Source of the DNA: Candidatus Fermentithermobacillaceae bacterium
GTDB taxonomy: Bacteria > Bacillota > Sulfobacillia > Fermentithermobacillales > Fermentithermobacillaceae
Direction of reading: 5' to 3'
Length of the DNA: 64,000 nt
NCBI GenBank assembly: GCA_012840345.1
Contig: DULO01000114.1
Coordinates: 2,192-66,191, forward strand
Part shown: piece by piece, positions 52,603 to 61,339 of the stretch
Layout of the letters: every line of letters starts with the position of its first letter
Numbering within the stretch: the first letter of the stretch is position 1
Notes under the pieces: model-generated
What the model saw: the letters and a program-made list of their open reading frames with translations, nothing else
Databases searched by the model: none
Told to the model about the DNA's origin: nothing
Program-made: the position numbers and the translations under genes

Positions 52603-54428
52603 ACGACTTGCCTTCTCCGGAGCTTAAGGGGAGACGGGATACGTTCCTCATCTTAATAGCGGCGGCCTTCTTAATTTTGACAGCCCAGTTGTTCAACTTG
52701 CAGGTAGTGCAGGGCGAAAAATACCTGCTCCTATCCGAGGAGAACTACATGCGCATCACACCTATCCCCGCGCCCAGGGGCAACATTTTTGACGCCAACG
52801 GGGAACCGCTGGTGACAAACCGCCCGTCTTTTTCCGTGTTTTACTGGTACCTGGACTCGGAGAAAGCCAAAGAGACCCTTCCCAGGCTTTGCTCGATCTT
52901 GGGCCAGGATGTGGCGGAAGCGGAAAAGCAGATACAGAAGTACGCCGGCAGGTATTTCGAGCCGATACCCATAGCCAGAGACATAACTCCTGAACAGTAC
53001 ACGGCCATCGTCGAAGACGCTCCCAACTTGCCGGGAGTCTTCATTGAGGCAGAACCTATCAGGTACTACCCGGGCAACGAGCTCGCTTCTCCGGTCTTGG
53101 GGTACGTGAGCGAGATAAGCGCCGCGCAGCTGAAGGACCCGCGGTGGAAGGATTACAAGATAGGCGACACCATAGGGCAGCAGGGACTTGAGGCGTACTA
53201 CGAGGAGTATCTTAGGGGCAAAGACGGCGGATACCAGGTTGAGGTGGACTACAGGGGGCGTCCTACCGGAAACGTGGGGGCTGGGATAGAACCTGTTCCG
53301 GGATACGACCTTTACCTGAATCTGGACAAGAACATACAGGCAGCCGCCGAAGAGGCGGCGAAGAGAACTCTCGAGGAGCGACCGAAGGCCAAGGCCGTGT
53401 CGGTTGTGGTGCTTGACGTAAAAACGGGCGCGGTCAAGGCCATGGTGTCCTACCCTGGGTTTAACGCGAACCGTCTGGTGACCGGGATTTCCCAAGCGGA
53501 GTTGGACGAGCTGCTCGAGACAAACCAATGGCGGTTTGCCAATCTCGCCACCACAGGCCTTTATCCGCCGGGTTCAACGTTTAAGATAGTCTCAGCTATC
53601 GCCGCTTTGGCGGAAGGGGCGGTGACTCCGCAAGAAACCATATACGATCCGGGATACCATCCCATGGTTCCCTCTTTGCCGTGCAACAGGGCAGGGGGAC
53701 ACGGAGCCGTCAACATTGTGGACGCGCTCAAGTACTCATGTAACGTGTATTTTTATGAAGTCGGCCGGCGGCTCGGAGTCGACGCTATGGCTAAGTACGC
53801 CACGGCGTTGGGGCTGGGTTCAAAGACCGGAATCGACCTCTTGGGAGAAAACTACGGGACCGTCCCCTCCTCGGAATGGAAGGCCAACGCGTACGCGGAC
53901 GGCCGGGTCGCGCAGCCTGAAGTCCTTTTCGCCGAGCACATGATGGCGGCCATGGGGCAAGTGTTTCACCTGGATACACCGATCCAGATGGCGTCGGTCA
54001 CCCAGTCGATAGCCAACAACGGCGTCCGGATGAAACCGCGCTTGGCTTATAAGGTGCAGGATGCCGAGGGGAATCTGATCGCCGAGTTCCCGGCTGAGAT
54101 AAGCGGCGTGCTCCAAGTAGACCAGTCGGTTCTGGACACCGTGAAGAGGGGCATGTACGAAGTTACCTCCTCACCTCAAGGCACCGCTTACTGGGCTTTT
54201 TGGGACCTACCCATCAAAGTGGCAGGGAAAACCGGTACAGCAGAGAATCCTCTGGGAGAGAATCATGCTTGGTTTGTCGGCTTTGGACCTTACGAGGATC
54301 CGGAGATTGCCGTGGCGGTTGTCGTGGACCAAGGCGGCGGCGGATCGGCGGTTGCCGCTCCCATCGCCAGAGCCGTGTTTGATGCTTACTTCGCCGAGAA
54401 GACAGAAGAGGTTCCGGTTACTCCATGA
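52593..54428 (+). CDS. mrdA: penicillin-binding protein 2 (elongation transpeptidase)
   Basis: PAPRGNIFD dimerisation-domain start. Transpeptidase motifs GSTFK (SxxK), YSCN (SxN), GKTGTA (KTG). Confidence 0.88.
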   Translation: MGVNDLPSPELKGRRDTFLILIAAAFLILTAQLFNLQVVQGEKYLLLSEENYMRITPIPAPRGNIFDANGEPLVTNRPSFSVFYWYLDSEKAKETLPRLCSILGQDVAEAEKQIQKYAGRYFEPIPIARDITPEQYTAIVEDAPNLPGVFIEAEPIRYYPGNELASPVLGYVSEISAAQLKDPRWKDYKIGDTIGQQGLEAYYEEYLRGKDGGYQVEVDYRGRPTGNVGAGIEPVPGYDLYLNLDKNIQAAAEEAAKRTLEERPKAKAVSVVVLDVKTGAVKAMVSYPGFNANRLVTGISQAELDELLETNQWRFANLATTGLYPPGSTFKIVSAIAALAEGAVTPQETIYDPGYHPMVPSLPCNRAGGHGAVNIVDALKYSCNVYFYEVGRRLGVDAMAKYATALGLGSKTGIDLLGENYGTVPSSEWKANAYADGRVAQPEVLFAEHMMAAMGQVFHLDTPIQMASVTQSIANNGVRMKPRLAYKVQDAEGNLIAEFPAEISGVLQVDQSVLDTVKRGMYEVTSSPQGTAYWAFWDLPIKVAGKTGTAENPLGENHAWFVGFGPYEDPEIAVAVVVDQGGGGSAVAAPIARAVFDAYFAEKTEEVPVTP

Positions 54429-54453
54429 CATGTCGCAGGCGGGGGTGTAAAAC

Positions 54454-55191
54454 GTGGCAGACAAGCAAGATGTCTCTTTCAAAGGAGTAAAAGAAGGGCT
54501 TTACCTCACGCTCAACGGAAACCAAGATTTCAACGTGCTCAAAGAATTGCTTTCTGAGCGGCTTAAGAGCGCTGAGTTCTTTTTTCAGGGGTCAGACGTG
54601 ATTCTGGATACAGGAGATACCCCGTTTTCTCTTGAACAGATATTGGAGATCCAGCAGATTCTCGCGTATCCTTACGGGCTCCGGCTAAAGAAGGTGGTAC
54701 GGGCTGAGACCGGACAGGCTCCGAAGGAAAGAGAGCCTAAAGCCAAGCCCAAGAGGCAAGAGCCTCCCAAGGTCCGGTCCGAGCGCAATGAGGAGCCGAG
54801 GGAACCCGTTACAAAGAGTCCGGTTTCCTACGGGAAGCTGCCCGAAACCCTCTTGTACCGGGGTACCTTGCGGTCGGGTCAACGCATCGCCTATGAGGGA
54901 AACGTTGTTATAGTGGGAGACGTTAACCCGGGGGCTGAAGTCAAGGCGACCGGGGACATCGTGGTTATGGGTTCCCTCAGGGGGCTAGCCCACGCGGGCG
55001 CCTCAGGCGACAGCGGAGTGGCCGTGGTGGCGTTCAGCTTGGCTCCCACACAGTTGCGGATAGCCGACGTTATTGGACGACCTCCCGAGGGAGGCGCGGG
55101 TGTAGCCAGGGAGCCGGAAGTGGCGAGGCTTAAGGATGGTATTATTGTTGTTGAGCCGTTAGAGGGTACCCGATGGGAGGGAGAGCGTTGA
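54454..55191 (+). CDS. minC: septum site-determining protein MinC
   Basis: C-terminal beta-helix block RSGQRIAYEGNVVIVGDVNPGAEVKATGDIVVMGSLRGLAHAG. Pro/Lys/Glu-rich linker. Confidence 0.85.
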   Translation: MADKQDVSFKGVKEGLYLTLNGNQDFNVLKELLSERLKSAEFFFQGSDVILDTGDTPFSLEQILEIQQILAYPYGLRLKKVVRAETGQAPKEREPKAKPKRQEPPKVRSERNEEPREPVTKSPVSYGKLPETLLYRGTLRSGQRIAYEGNVVIVGDVNPGAEVKATGDIVVMGSLRGLAHAGASGDSGVAVVAFSLAPTQLRIADVIGRPPEGGAGVAREPEVARLKDGIIVVEPLEGTRWEGER

Positions 55192-55982
55192 GTGAGACTA
55201 TAGTGATCACGTCAGGCAAAGGCGGAGTAGGCAAGACCACCACTTGCGCGAACCTGGGTGTAGCGTTGGCCATCCAAGGCTGCAAAGTTGTTATGGTGGA
55301 TGCCGACATCGGCCTGCGCAATTTGGATGTGGTCATGGGTTTGGAAAACAGGATCGTCTATGACCTGGTCGATGTGGTCGAGGGCTACTGTAGGTTGAGA
55401 CAAGCCCTGATCAAGGACAAGCGTGTGGACGGATTGTTCCTCCTGCCCGCGGCCCAGACCAAGGATAAGAACGCGGTTAGCCCGGAACAGATGAAGGAGC
55501 TGATGATGGCCCTCAAGGAGGAGCACGACTTCGTTCTCGTGGACTGTCCCGCAGGCATTGAACAGGGGTTCAAGAACGCAATCGCCGGCGCCGACTCCGC
55601 GGTGATCGTCACAACTCCGGAAGTATCCGCGGTAAGGGACGCCGACAGGATCACCGGGCTGCTTGAGGCTTCTGGGTTCTCCAAACCAGAGCTTATCATC
55701 AACCGGTTGAAGCCGAAGATGGTCGCCAGGGGGGACATGATGGATATCCCCGATATTCTGGATATCCTCGCCATCGACTTGGTAGGAGTAGTCCCCGACG
55801 ATGAATACATAGTGGTCTCAACTAACCGGGGCGAGCCTGCCGTGCTTCAGGAATCGTCAAGGGCGGGGCAGGCGTACAGGAACATCGCGCGCAGGCTTAT
55901 GGGCGAACAAGTTCCGTTTATGGACCTAACAGAGAAAGAAAGCGTGTGGGAGAAGATTAAGCGCATGGTCAAATTAGGTTAG
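55188..55982 (+). CDS. minD: septum site-determining ATPase MinD
   Basis: Deviant Walker A SGKGGVGKTT; C-terminal amphipathic helix KIKRMVKLG. TTG 55188 follows GGGAGGGAGAG and overlaps the minC stop (TTGA). Confidence 0.92.
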   Translation: MSETIVITSGKGGVGKTTTCANLGVALAIQGCKVVMVDADIGLRNLDVVMGLENRIVYDLVDVVEGYCRLRQALIKDKRVDGLFLLPAAQTKDKNAVSPEQMKELMMALKEEHDFVLVDCPAGIEQGFKNAIAGADSAVIVTTPEVSAVRDADRITGLLEASGFSKPELIINRLKPKMVARGDMMDIPDILDILAIDLVGVVPDDEYIVVSTNRGEPAVLQESSRAGQAYRNIARRLMGEQVPFMDLTEKESVWEKIKRMVKLG

Positions 55983-55993
55983 GGGGGATAGCC

Positions 55994-56278
55994 ATGCTGA
56001 ACTGGTTCGGGAGGAAACAGGCTCCGAAAGATGTGGCAAAGGACAGGTTAAGGCTGGTGTTGATGCAGGACCGGCTCGCGGTGGCTCCCCAGACCATGGA
56101 GCAAATGAGGGACGACGTGATCCTTGCCATATCCAAGTATGTAGAGATAGACCGGTCTGGCATAGAGTTTACCTGGAAGGATATAGACAGAAAGAGGGCG
56201 CTTGTGGCCAGCATACCGGTGATATCGGTGAAAAGAGGCGGGATTTCCAACGATAGAACTGCCCAGCGTTCGTATTGA
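55994..56278 (+). CDS. minE: cell-division topological specificity factor MinE
   Basis: AKDRLRLVLMQDR, then the topological specificity domain. Follows minD. Confidence 0.85.
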   Translation: MLNWFGRKQAPKDVAKDRLRLVLMQDRLAVAPQTMEQMRDDVILAISKYVEIDRSGIEFTWKDIDRKRALVASIPVISVKRGGISNDRTAQRSY

Positions 56279-56309
56279 GCGCAGGATTGTCAGGCGTATC
56301 GACGCGTAC

Positions 56310-57392
56310 TTGCTTATCGCCGTACTGCTGTTGGACGCTCTTTCGCTTCCTCTGATAGACAGCGCGACCCACTCATCCGGCGGGCACTACTGGATGAAAA
56401 AGCAAGCCGTGTTGGTGGGCTTGTCTTTATTTGCCCTCGCTTTGGGTACGTTCATCAACTACCGCGACATGGTCAACATCTCGCCGTGGATTTACGGAGC
56501 GACGATAGCGCTGTTGGTGCTGGTGCTGTTCATCGGGGATGAAGTCTTGGGGGCAAGAAGGTGGATCGACCTGGGTCTTTTTCCCTTGCAGCCATCGGAG
56601 CTCGCGAAAGTGGCTGTGGTGTTGTTCGGTGCACGGCTCTTGTCGCGCTGGGAGGACCCCCCCGAGAATTTCTGGGATTTCGTCATGTATTACGCGTGGT
56701 TCGTCCCGGCCTTGCTCCTCATCATGAAGCAGCCCGACCTCGGGACGTCGTTGGTGCTTGTGGCTGTGAGCACCGGGATGCTGTACTTCAGCGGGACTCC
56801 GGGAATCAAAATCTTGAGGCTGGGGTTCTTGGCATTGTTGGTCTTGGCTCTTCTTTTGGCGGCGAACCGCTATCTGGGGCTGCCGCTTCCCCTAAAAGAC
56901 TACCAAATCAAGAGGATTACCACCCTCTTTAACCCCCAACAGGATCCGCTCGGCACAGGCTACCAGGTGCTTCAGTCCAAGATAGCCATAGGTTCGGGCA
57001 TGTTGTGGGGCAAAGGATTGGGTAAAGGCACTCAGAACCGCTTGGATTTCATCCCTGAGCAGCACACAGACTTCATCTTCTCGGTGGTCGGAGAGGAACT
57101 GGGGTTTTTCAGGACCCTCCTCGTCTTGGGGCTCTACTTGATTATCCTCATCAGGTGCCTGATCGCCTGCGTTACCGCCGCCGACAAGGAAGGTACGTTG
57201 GTCACCGCTGGCATACTGTCCATGTTCCTGTTCCACTTGGTGGTGAACCTGGGAATGACCATGGGCATCATGCCTGTAACGGGAGTCCCTCTTCCATTCT
57301 TGAGCCACGGTGGGTCCGCCTTGCTGGTCAACTCGTTTGCGGTGGGGCTCGTCCTCAATGTAGGATGGAACAGGCACAAGATTTTGTTCTAG
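56310..57392 (+). CDS. rodA: SEDS-family peptidoglycan glycosyltransferase RodA
   Basis: QPSELAKV, PDLGT, EQHTDFIF, GVPLPFLSHGGSALL. Confidence 0.88.
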   Translation: MLIAVLLLDALSLPLIDSATHSSGGHYWMKKQAVLVGLSLFALALGTFINYRDMVNISPWIYGATIALLVLVLFIGDEVLGARRWIDLGLFPLQPSELAKVAVVLFGARLLSRWEDPPENFWDFVMYYAWFVPALLLIMKQPDLGTSLVLVAVSTGMLYFSGTPGIKILRLGFLALLVLALLLAANRYLGLPLPLKDYQIKRITTLFNPQQDPLGTGYQVLQSKIAIGSGMLWGKGLGKGTQNRLDFIPEQHTDFIFSVVGEELGFFRTLLVLGLYLIILIRCLIACVTAADKEGTLVTAGILSMFLFHLVVNLGMTMGIMPVTGVPLPFLSHGGSALLVNSFAVGLVLNVGWNRHKILF

Positions 57393-57413
57393 CCGGAAGT
57401 TGGGGGAACAGCA

Positions 57414-57845
57414 GTGCGAGAGATAGGCAGAGTTGTATCAGTGGAAGGCGGCAGGATCACGGTGTCGGTCAGGAGGACAGACGCCTGCGAGCGGTGCGGC
57501 AAGTGTTCTCACGCCCACGTAAGGTTCGGAAACGATAACGATATCATCGTTGAAGCCATACCTGTGGGAGACGTGCAGCCGGGGGAGCTTGTCGAGCTTG
57601 AGATGGAGGGGCGCGACTACGTGAGACTTTCCTTTATCGTCTACATGGTGCCTCTCTTGAGCGCTTTCGGCGGGTTCGGCCTAGGTTGGATTCTGGGCGG
57701 GATGCTTCAGAGTCCAGTAATATGGGGCACGGTCTTGGGCATCGCGGGTCTGGCGTTGTCTTTCTTCTGGGTCAACCAGTACGATAAAGGAGCCCAGAAA
57801 ACGGGCCGCTATCTCCCACTCGCGCGCCCCATCCGGGACATCTAG
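57414..57845 (+). CDS. RseC/MucC-family protein (SoxR-reducing-system-type)
   Basis: IGRVVSVEGGRITVSVRRTDACERCGKC N-terminal domain followed by two TM helices. Confidence 0.65.
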   Translation: MREIGRVVSVEGGRITVSVRRTDACERCGKCSHAHVRFGNDNDIIVEAIPVGDVQPGELVELEMEGRDYVRLSFIVYMVPLLSAFGGFGLGWILGGMLQSPVIWGTVLGIAGLALSFFWVNQYDKGAQKTGRYLPLARPIRDI

Positions 57846-59438
57846 CTAGCCTGTCTGCCCGGCTATCTCGTGACTAAGCCTCGGGTTCCCGTTCAACTTT
57901 GGCATGTACCCTTCATCGGCCAAGGCGGAGATGAGCTGGTCGTAGGCAGCCCTGTTGACTACCAGGCAGCACGGCCCAACTTTTCCCTTGAGGTGAGGCC
58001 GGATTTTGGGGGATAGGAGCAGCTCATCGGCCAGTTCCTCGGTGTCGCACTTTAGCAGTATCGCTTCCTCAAACTCAATGCGCCCGTAAGACGTTCCCCA
58101 ATGAGCGATGGAATAAGCGACGTTTTGAGGGATAGGTGTCTTTGAATTCTCCTCCAGAAACTTGGAGATGGTCTCCGGAGTATGGGACAAAAGCAACCCC
58201 CTGTAGACCGAGTTCCGGGTGAGCTTGAACACCATCATCTGATCTTGCTTTAGGAGCTCAGCAAACCCGTCTATCGTCCAAAGAGTTCGCGGTGCGATGG
58301 TAGAGGGCACAAATACCTCGAAGTTGGGTTGCACGTACACGTACCGGTCGAAGGGTTCCTCAGGGTATGGGGCTGAGCCAAATAAAGCCCTTCCCGTAGC
58401 CGTCGGTCTCAAGAAAAGCCCGTTGATTGAGGACGCCACTTCCAGCCCGCCCAAGTACTCCAGGATGTCCACCAAGTTTCGCTCGACCCGCAGGTTAAGC
58501 CCGTGGGACGAGTGGCTGGTAGACAGGGTGTTCATTTCGTTGAGTAGGGCTTCCAGCGAAAGGATAGAGTCCTCAGGAGACCTCATGATCACCCACAAGA
58601 GGGTCTGGAGGTCGGTGTCCTGCTGGATGTAGGTCTGACGCCAGTATTCGTAAAGGTCCCTGCGCCAAGACTCGTAGGGCGTTTCTATCCAGGACAGAGC
58701 CTTTTGGTTCAGGCACAAAGTCCCGCTTCTTTCTTCCACCATGCCCTTGGACTTGGCGAAGTAGAGCAGGAGAGCGAGCCTGGGAGGATAGCGCACGGGA
58801 AACAGCGTCTCATCCAACGGCGCGGCTTCTTCTTCAATGAGGCTTTGTATGTCGGTTTGTGCCTTCTTAAAGATGTTCCCGGACTGGGTAAGCCTGACCT
58901 CGCTCTTGCGCAGGTAGGACAAGAACAGGCATATGTGCCTTAAAGGCATGGCGAAGTCGCACCTGCGCCTCGGGGAGAACCTCATGTTGTCCACAGCGGC
59001 GGACTTGTACAGGTCTTTCAGGAAGAAGTCGGCCAGGACTTCCCTGAGGTCCGAAGCTACATAGTAGATGTGACGGTATCCTTCCCTGCGGGTGAAGACC
59101 AGCCCGCGGGAAATGAGAGCCTCGATGACCTTGGCCCCGTTGCGCCTCCACTTGCGCGAGAGTTGGTTCAGCTTTTGATGGCACTGCTCGACGACTACCC
59201 CTTGTCCCCCCGCGGCAATGGTTATGAGTCTTAAGGCAAGCATTTCTTCCTGGTTTAGCCCGTTCATGGCGACCAGAGCGTTGGCCGGCACCAAGAGGTG
59301 GGCGGCTATTCTCCCGCAAAGGTCGGCTCCCGGCTTTCCCTCAGGTACTCCCGGTTTCGTAGGAGGAATCCCGTAGAAGGCGGCGATTCCCCGGACCCGT
59401 TCCAAAGAGGTAGAGCAGAGCGCGTCATAGAGTTTCAT
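57846..59438 (-). CDS. XPB-associated protein (bacterial helicase-partner family)
   Basis: 530-aa protein whose ATG overlaps the XPB stop (ATGA). No catalytic motif recognised. Its position downstream of XPB matches the pair I recall from actinobacteria. Confidence 0.5.
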   Translation of the reverse strand: MKLYDALCSTSLERVRGIAAFYGIPPTKPGVPEGKPGADLCGRIAAHLLVPANALVAMNGLNQEEMLALRLITIAAGGQGVVVEQCHQKLNQLSRKWRRNGAKVIEALISRGLVFTRREGYRHIYYVASDLREVLADFFLKDLYKSAAVDNMRFSPRRRCDFAMPLRHICLFLSYLRKSEVRLTQSGNIFKKAQTDIQSLIEEEAAPLDETLFPVRYPPRLALLLYFAKSKGMVEERSGTLCLNQKALSWIETPYESWRRDLYEYWRQTYIQQDTDLQTLLWVIMRSPEDSILSLEALLNEMNTLSTSHSSHGLNLRVERNLVDILEYLGGLEVASSINGLFLRPTATGRALFGSAPYPEEPFDRYVYVQPNFEVFVPSTIAPRTLWTIDGFAELLKQDQMMVFKLTRNSVYRGLLLSHTPETISKFLEENSKTPIPQNVAYSIAHWGTSYGRIEFEEAILLKCDTEELADELLLSPKIRPHLKGKVGPCCLVVNRAAYDQLISALADEGYMPKLNGNPRLSHEIAGQTG

Positions 59439-61141
59439 CGCGTGTTCATCTCCCGGGCGTCCGCCTCTATAAAGTGTTGGGCCTCCCAAATGGTGTACTT
59501 GTACCCTTGTTCTGTTAGGAATAGCTGCCTCTTTTGCGAGAACTCCTGGTCCTTGGTGTTCCGCGTGACCAGCGAGTAAAAGACGGCGCAGTCGCCTTGC
59601 GGTTTTGGCCTGAGCAATCTCCCGAGCCGCTGGGCTTCTTCCTGGCGGGAGCCAAACGTGCCGGACACCTGAATCGCCACGCTGGCGTCAGGCAGGTCTA
59701 CGGCGAAGTTCGCGACCTTGGACACTACCAGCGTCTTCAGCCGGCCCTCTTTGAAGGCTTGGTACAGAGCTTCCCGCTCGGCGTTGGGAGTCTGCCCGCA
59801 GAGAAGCGGGGCGCCCAACTCAGTGGATATGCCTTCTAACTGGTCTAGATACTGGCCGATAACAAGGACCTGGTCATCCTGATGCCGCTTGAGGATATGC
59901 TTTAGGATCTCAAGTTTCCTCGGGTTGGTAGCCGCTATGCGGTACTTGTCGCGCTCATCGGCGACGGCGTATTCCAGGCGGTCCTCAGAGCTCAGGTCCA
60001 CCCGGATCTCGTGGCAGAGGGCCTGGGCTATCCAGTTTTGTTCCTCAAGTTCTTTCCACGGCTTGTCGAATTTCTTGGGCCCGATCAAGCTAAAGACCTC
60101 GTCCTCCCGCCCGTCTTCCCGGACCAGGGTGGCGGTGAGGCCCAACCTTCTTCTGGCCTGAAGGTCCGCCGTAATCCGGAACACCGGCGCGGGCAAGAGG
60201 TGAACTTCGTCGTAAATAATGAGTCCCCAGTTGCGCTTATCGAAAAGCTCGAAGTGGGGGTATTCGGGTTTTCCGCCCCTCTTTCGATACGTGAGTATCT
60301 GGTAGGTGGAAACCGTCACCGGGCCGATTTCCTTGCATTCACCGCTGTATTCTTTCACCATGTCAGGGGACAGGTCGGTCTTGTCCAGAAGCTCTGAAAT
60401 CCATTGCCGGAGCGCCACGACGTTCGTGGTGAGGATGAGGGTCTGCATGCCGACTTTCTCCATGACTCCCATCCCGACGATGGTCTTGCCGGCGCCGCAC
60501 GGGAGCACAATTACTCCGCTTCCTCCCCGCGCGCTGCCGCCGGCCCAAAAGGCTTCACAGGCGGCCTTTTGGTAGGGCCGCAGCGAGTACTTGCGCTCTC
60601 CGTTGGAGGTGTAACCGAAACGGATAGGCAGCGGGTCACCCGCTTTGTACCCGGCAAGGTCTTCGCACGGGTAACCCATTTTTATGAGGGCTTGTTTTAG
60701 AGGGCCCCGGGCGTTCTGCCGTATGACCAGGGTTCCGTCGGACAATATCTCTTCGATGAACGGGGCCGTCTTATCGGATCTCTTGACTTCCTCCAGCACA
60801 AAGACATCTTTGGACCTTAAGAGCAACCGGTCTTCTTCGCTGTGCAGGGTCAAGACGCCGTACTTGCCCATCGTGTCGGCGATAAACGCCTTAATGTTCG
60901 AGGGAACTTCGTACTTTGACACGGCCGAGAGGGCCTCAATCACTTCTTCTGACGTAAGCCCGCAGGAAGCCGCGTTCCAAAGAGACAGAGGGGAAAGCCG
61001 GTAAGTGTGTATGTATTCAGGGCTCTTCACCAGGTCGGAGAAGCGCATGAGGCTGTCCCTGGCTTCCTCAAAAGCCGGGTTGTCTACCTCAAGCAAGATG
61101 GTGCCGTCGCTCTGAACTACCGCCGGTGTTCCCTTAACCAT
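59435..61141 (-). CDS. XPB/ERCC3(Rad25)-type SF2 DNA helicase
   Basis: XPB-type N-terminal domain (ILLEVDNPAFEEARDSLMRFSDLVKSPEYIHTYRLSPLSLWNA). Motif I LPCGAGKT, motif II YDEVH, motif III GLTAT followed by RED (LVREDGRED), motif VI QRLGRLLR. Confidence 0.8.
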   Translation of the reverse strand: MVKGTPAVVQSDGTILLEVDNPAFEEARDSLMRFSDLVKSPEYIHTYRLSPLSLWNAASCGLTSEEVIEALSAVSKYEVPSNIKAFIADTMGKYGVLTLHSEEDRLLLRSKDVFVLEEVKRSDKTAPFIEEILSDGTLVIRQNARGPLKQALIKMGYPCEDLAGYKAGDPLPIRFGYTSNGERKYSLRPYQKAACEAFWAGGSARGGSGVIVLPCGAGKTIVGMGVMEKVGMQTLILTTNVVALRQWISELLDKTDLSPDMVKEYSGECKEIGPVTVSTYQILTYRKRGGKPEYPHFELFDKRNWGLIIYDEVHLLPAPVFRITADLQARRRLGLTATLVREDGREDEVFSLIGPKKFDKPWKELEEQNWIAQALCHEIRVDLSSEDRLEYAVADERDKYRIAATNPRKLEILKHILKRHQDDQVLVIGQYLDQLEGISTELGAPLLCGQTPNAEREALYQAFKEGRLKTLVVSKVANFAVDLPDASVAIQVSGTFGSRQEEAQRLGRLLRPKPQGDCAVFYSLVTRNTKDQEFSQKRQLFLTEQGYKYTIWEAQHFIEADAREMNTR

Positions 61142-61339
61142 GCTTCCTCCTAATTAGAGTGAAAAACTATCTTAACAAAACACCTGTCCAAACTACAACT
61201 ATTCTTCGTCCGGCGCGAGACTCCTGCTAGAGGTTAGGGCTTTCCCTAAGGCGGGGACTTGGGCACGCCCTTGACCTGCCATGGCTTGGATCAATCCGCT
61301 ATAATTGGACTGTTACATATTGATCGCGGCGGTGTTTTG

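Noticed and set aside
61259-61339. Longer PcrA start at 61259
   Set aside because: The extra 27 residues are not PcrA-like. ATG 61340 gives the usual distance to the LNPRQ and GSGKT motifs.
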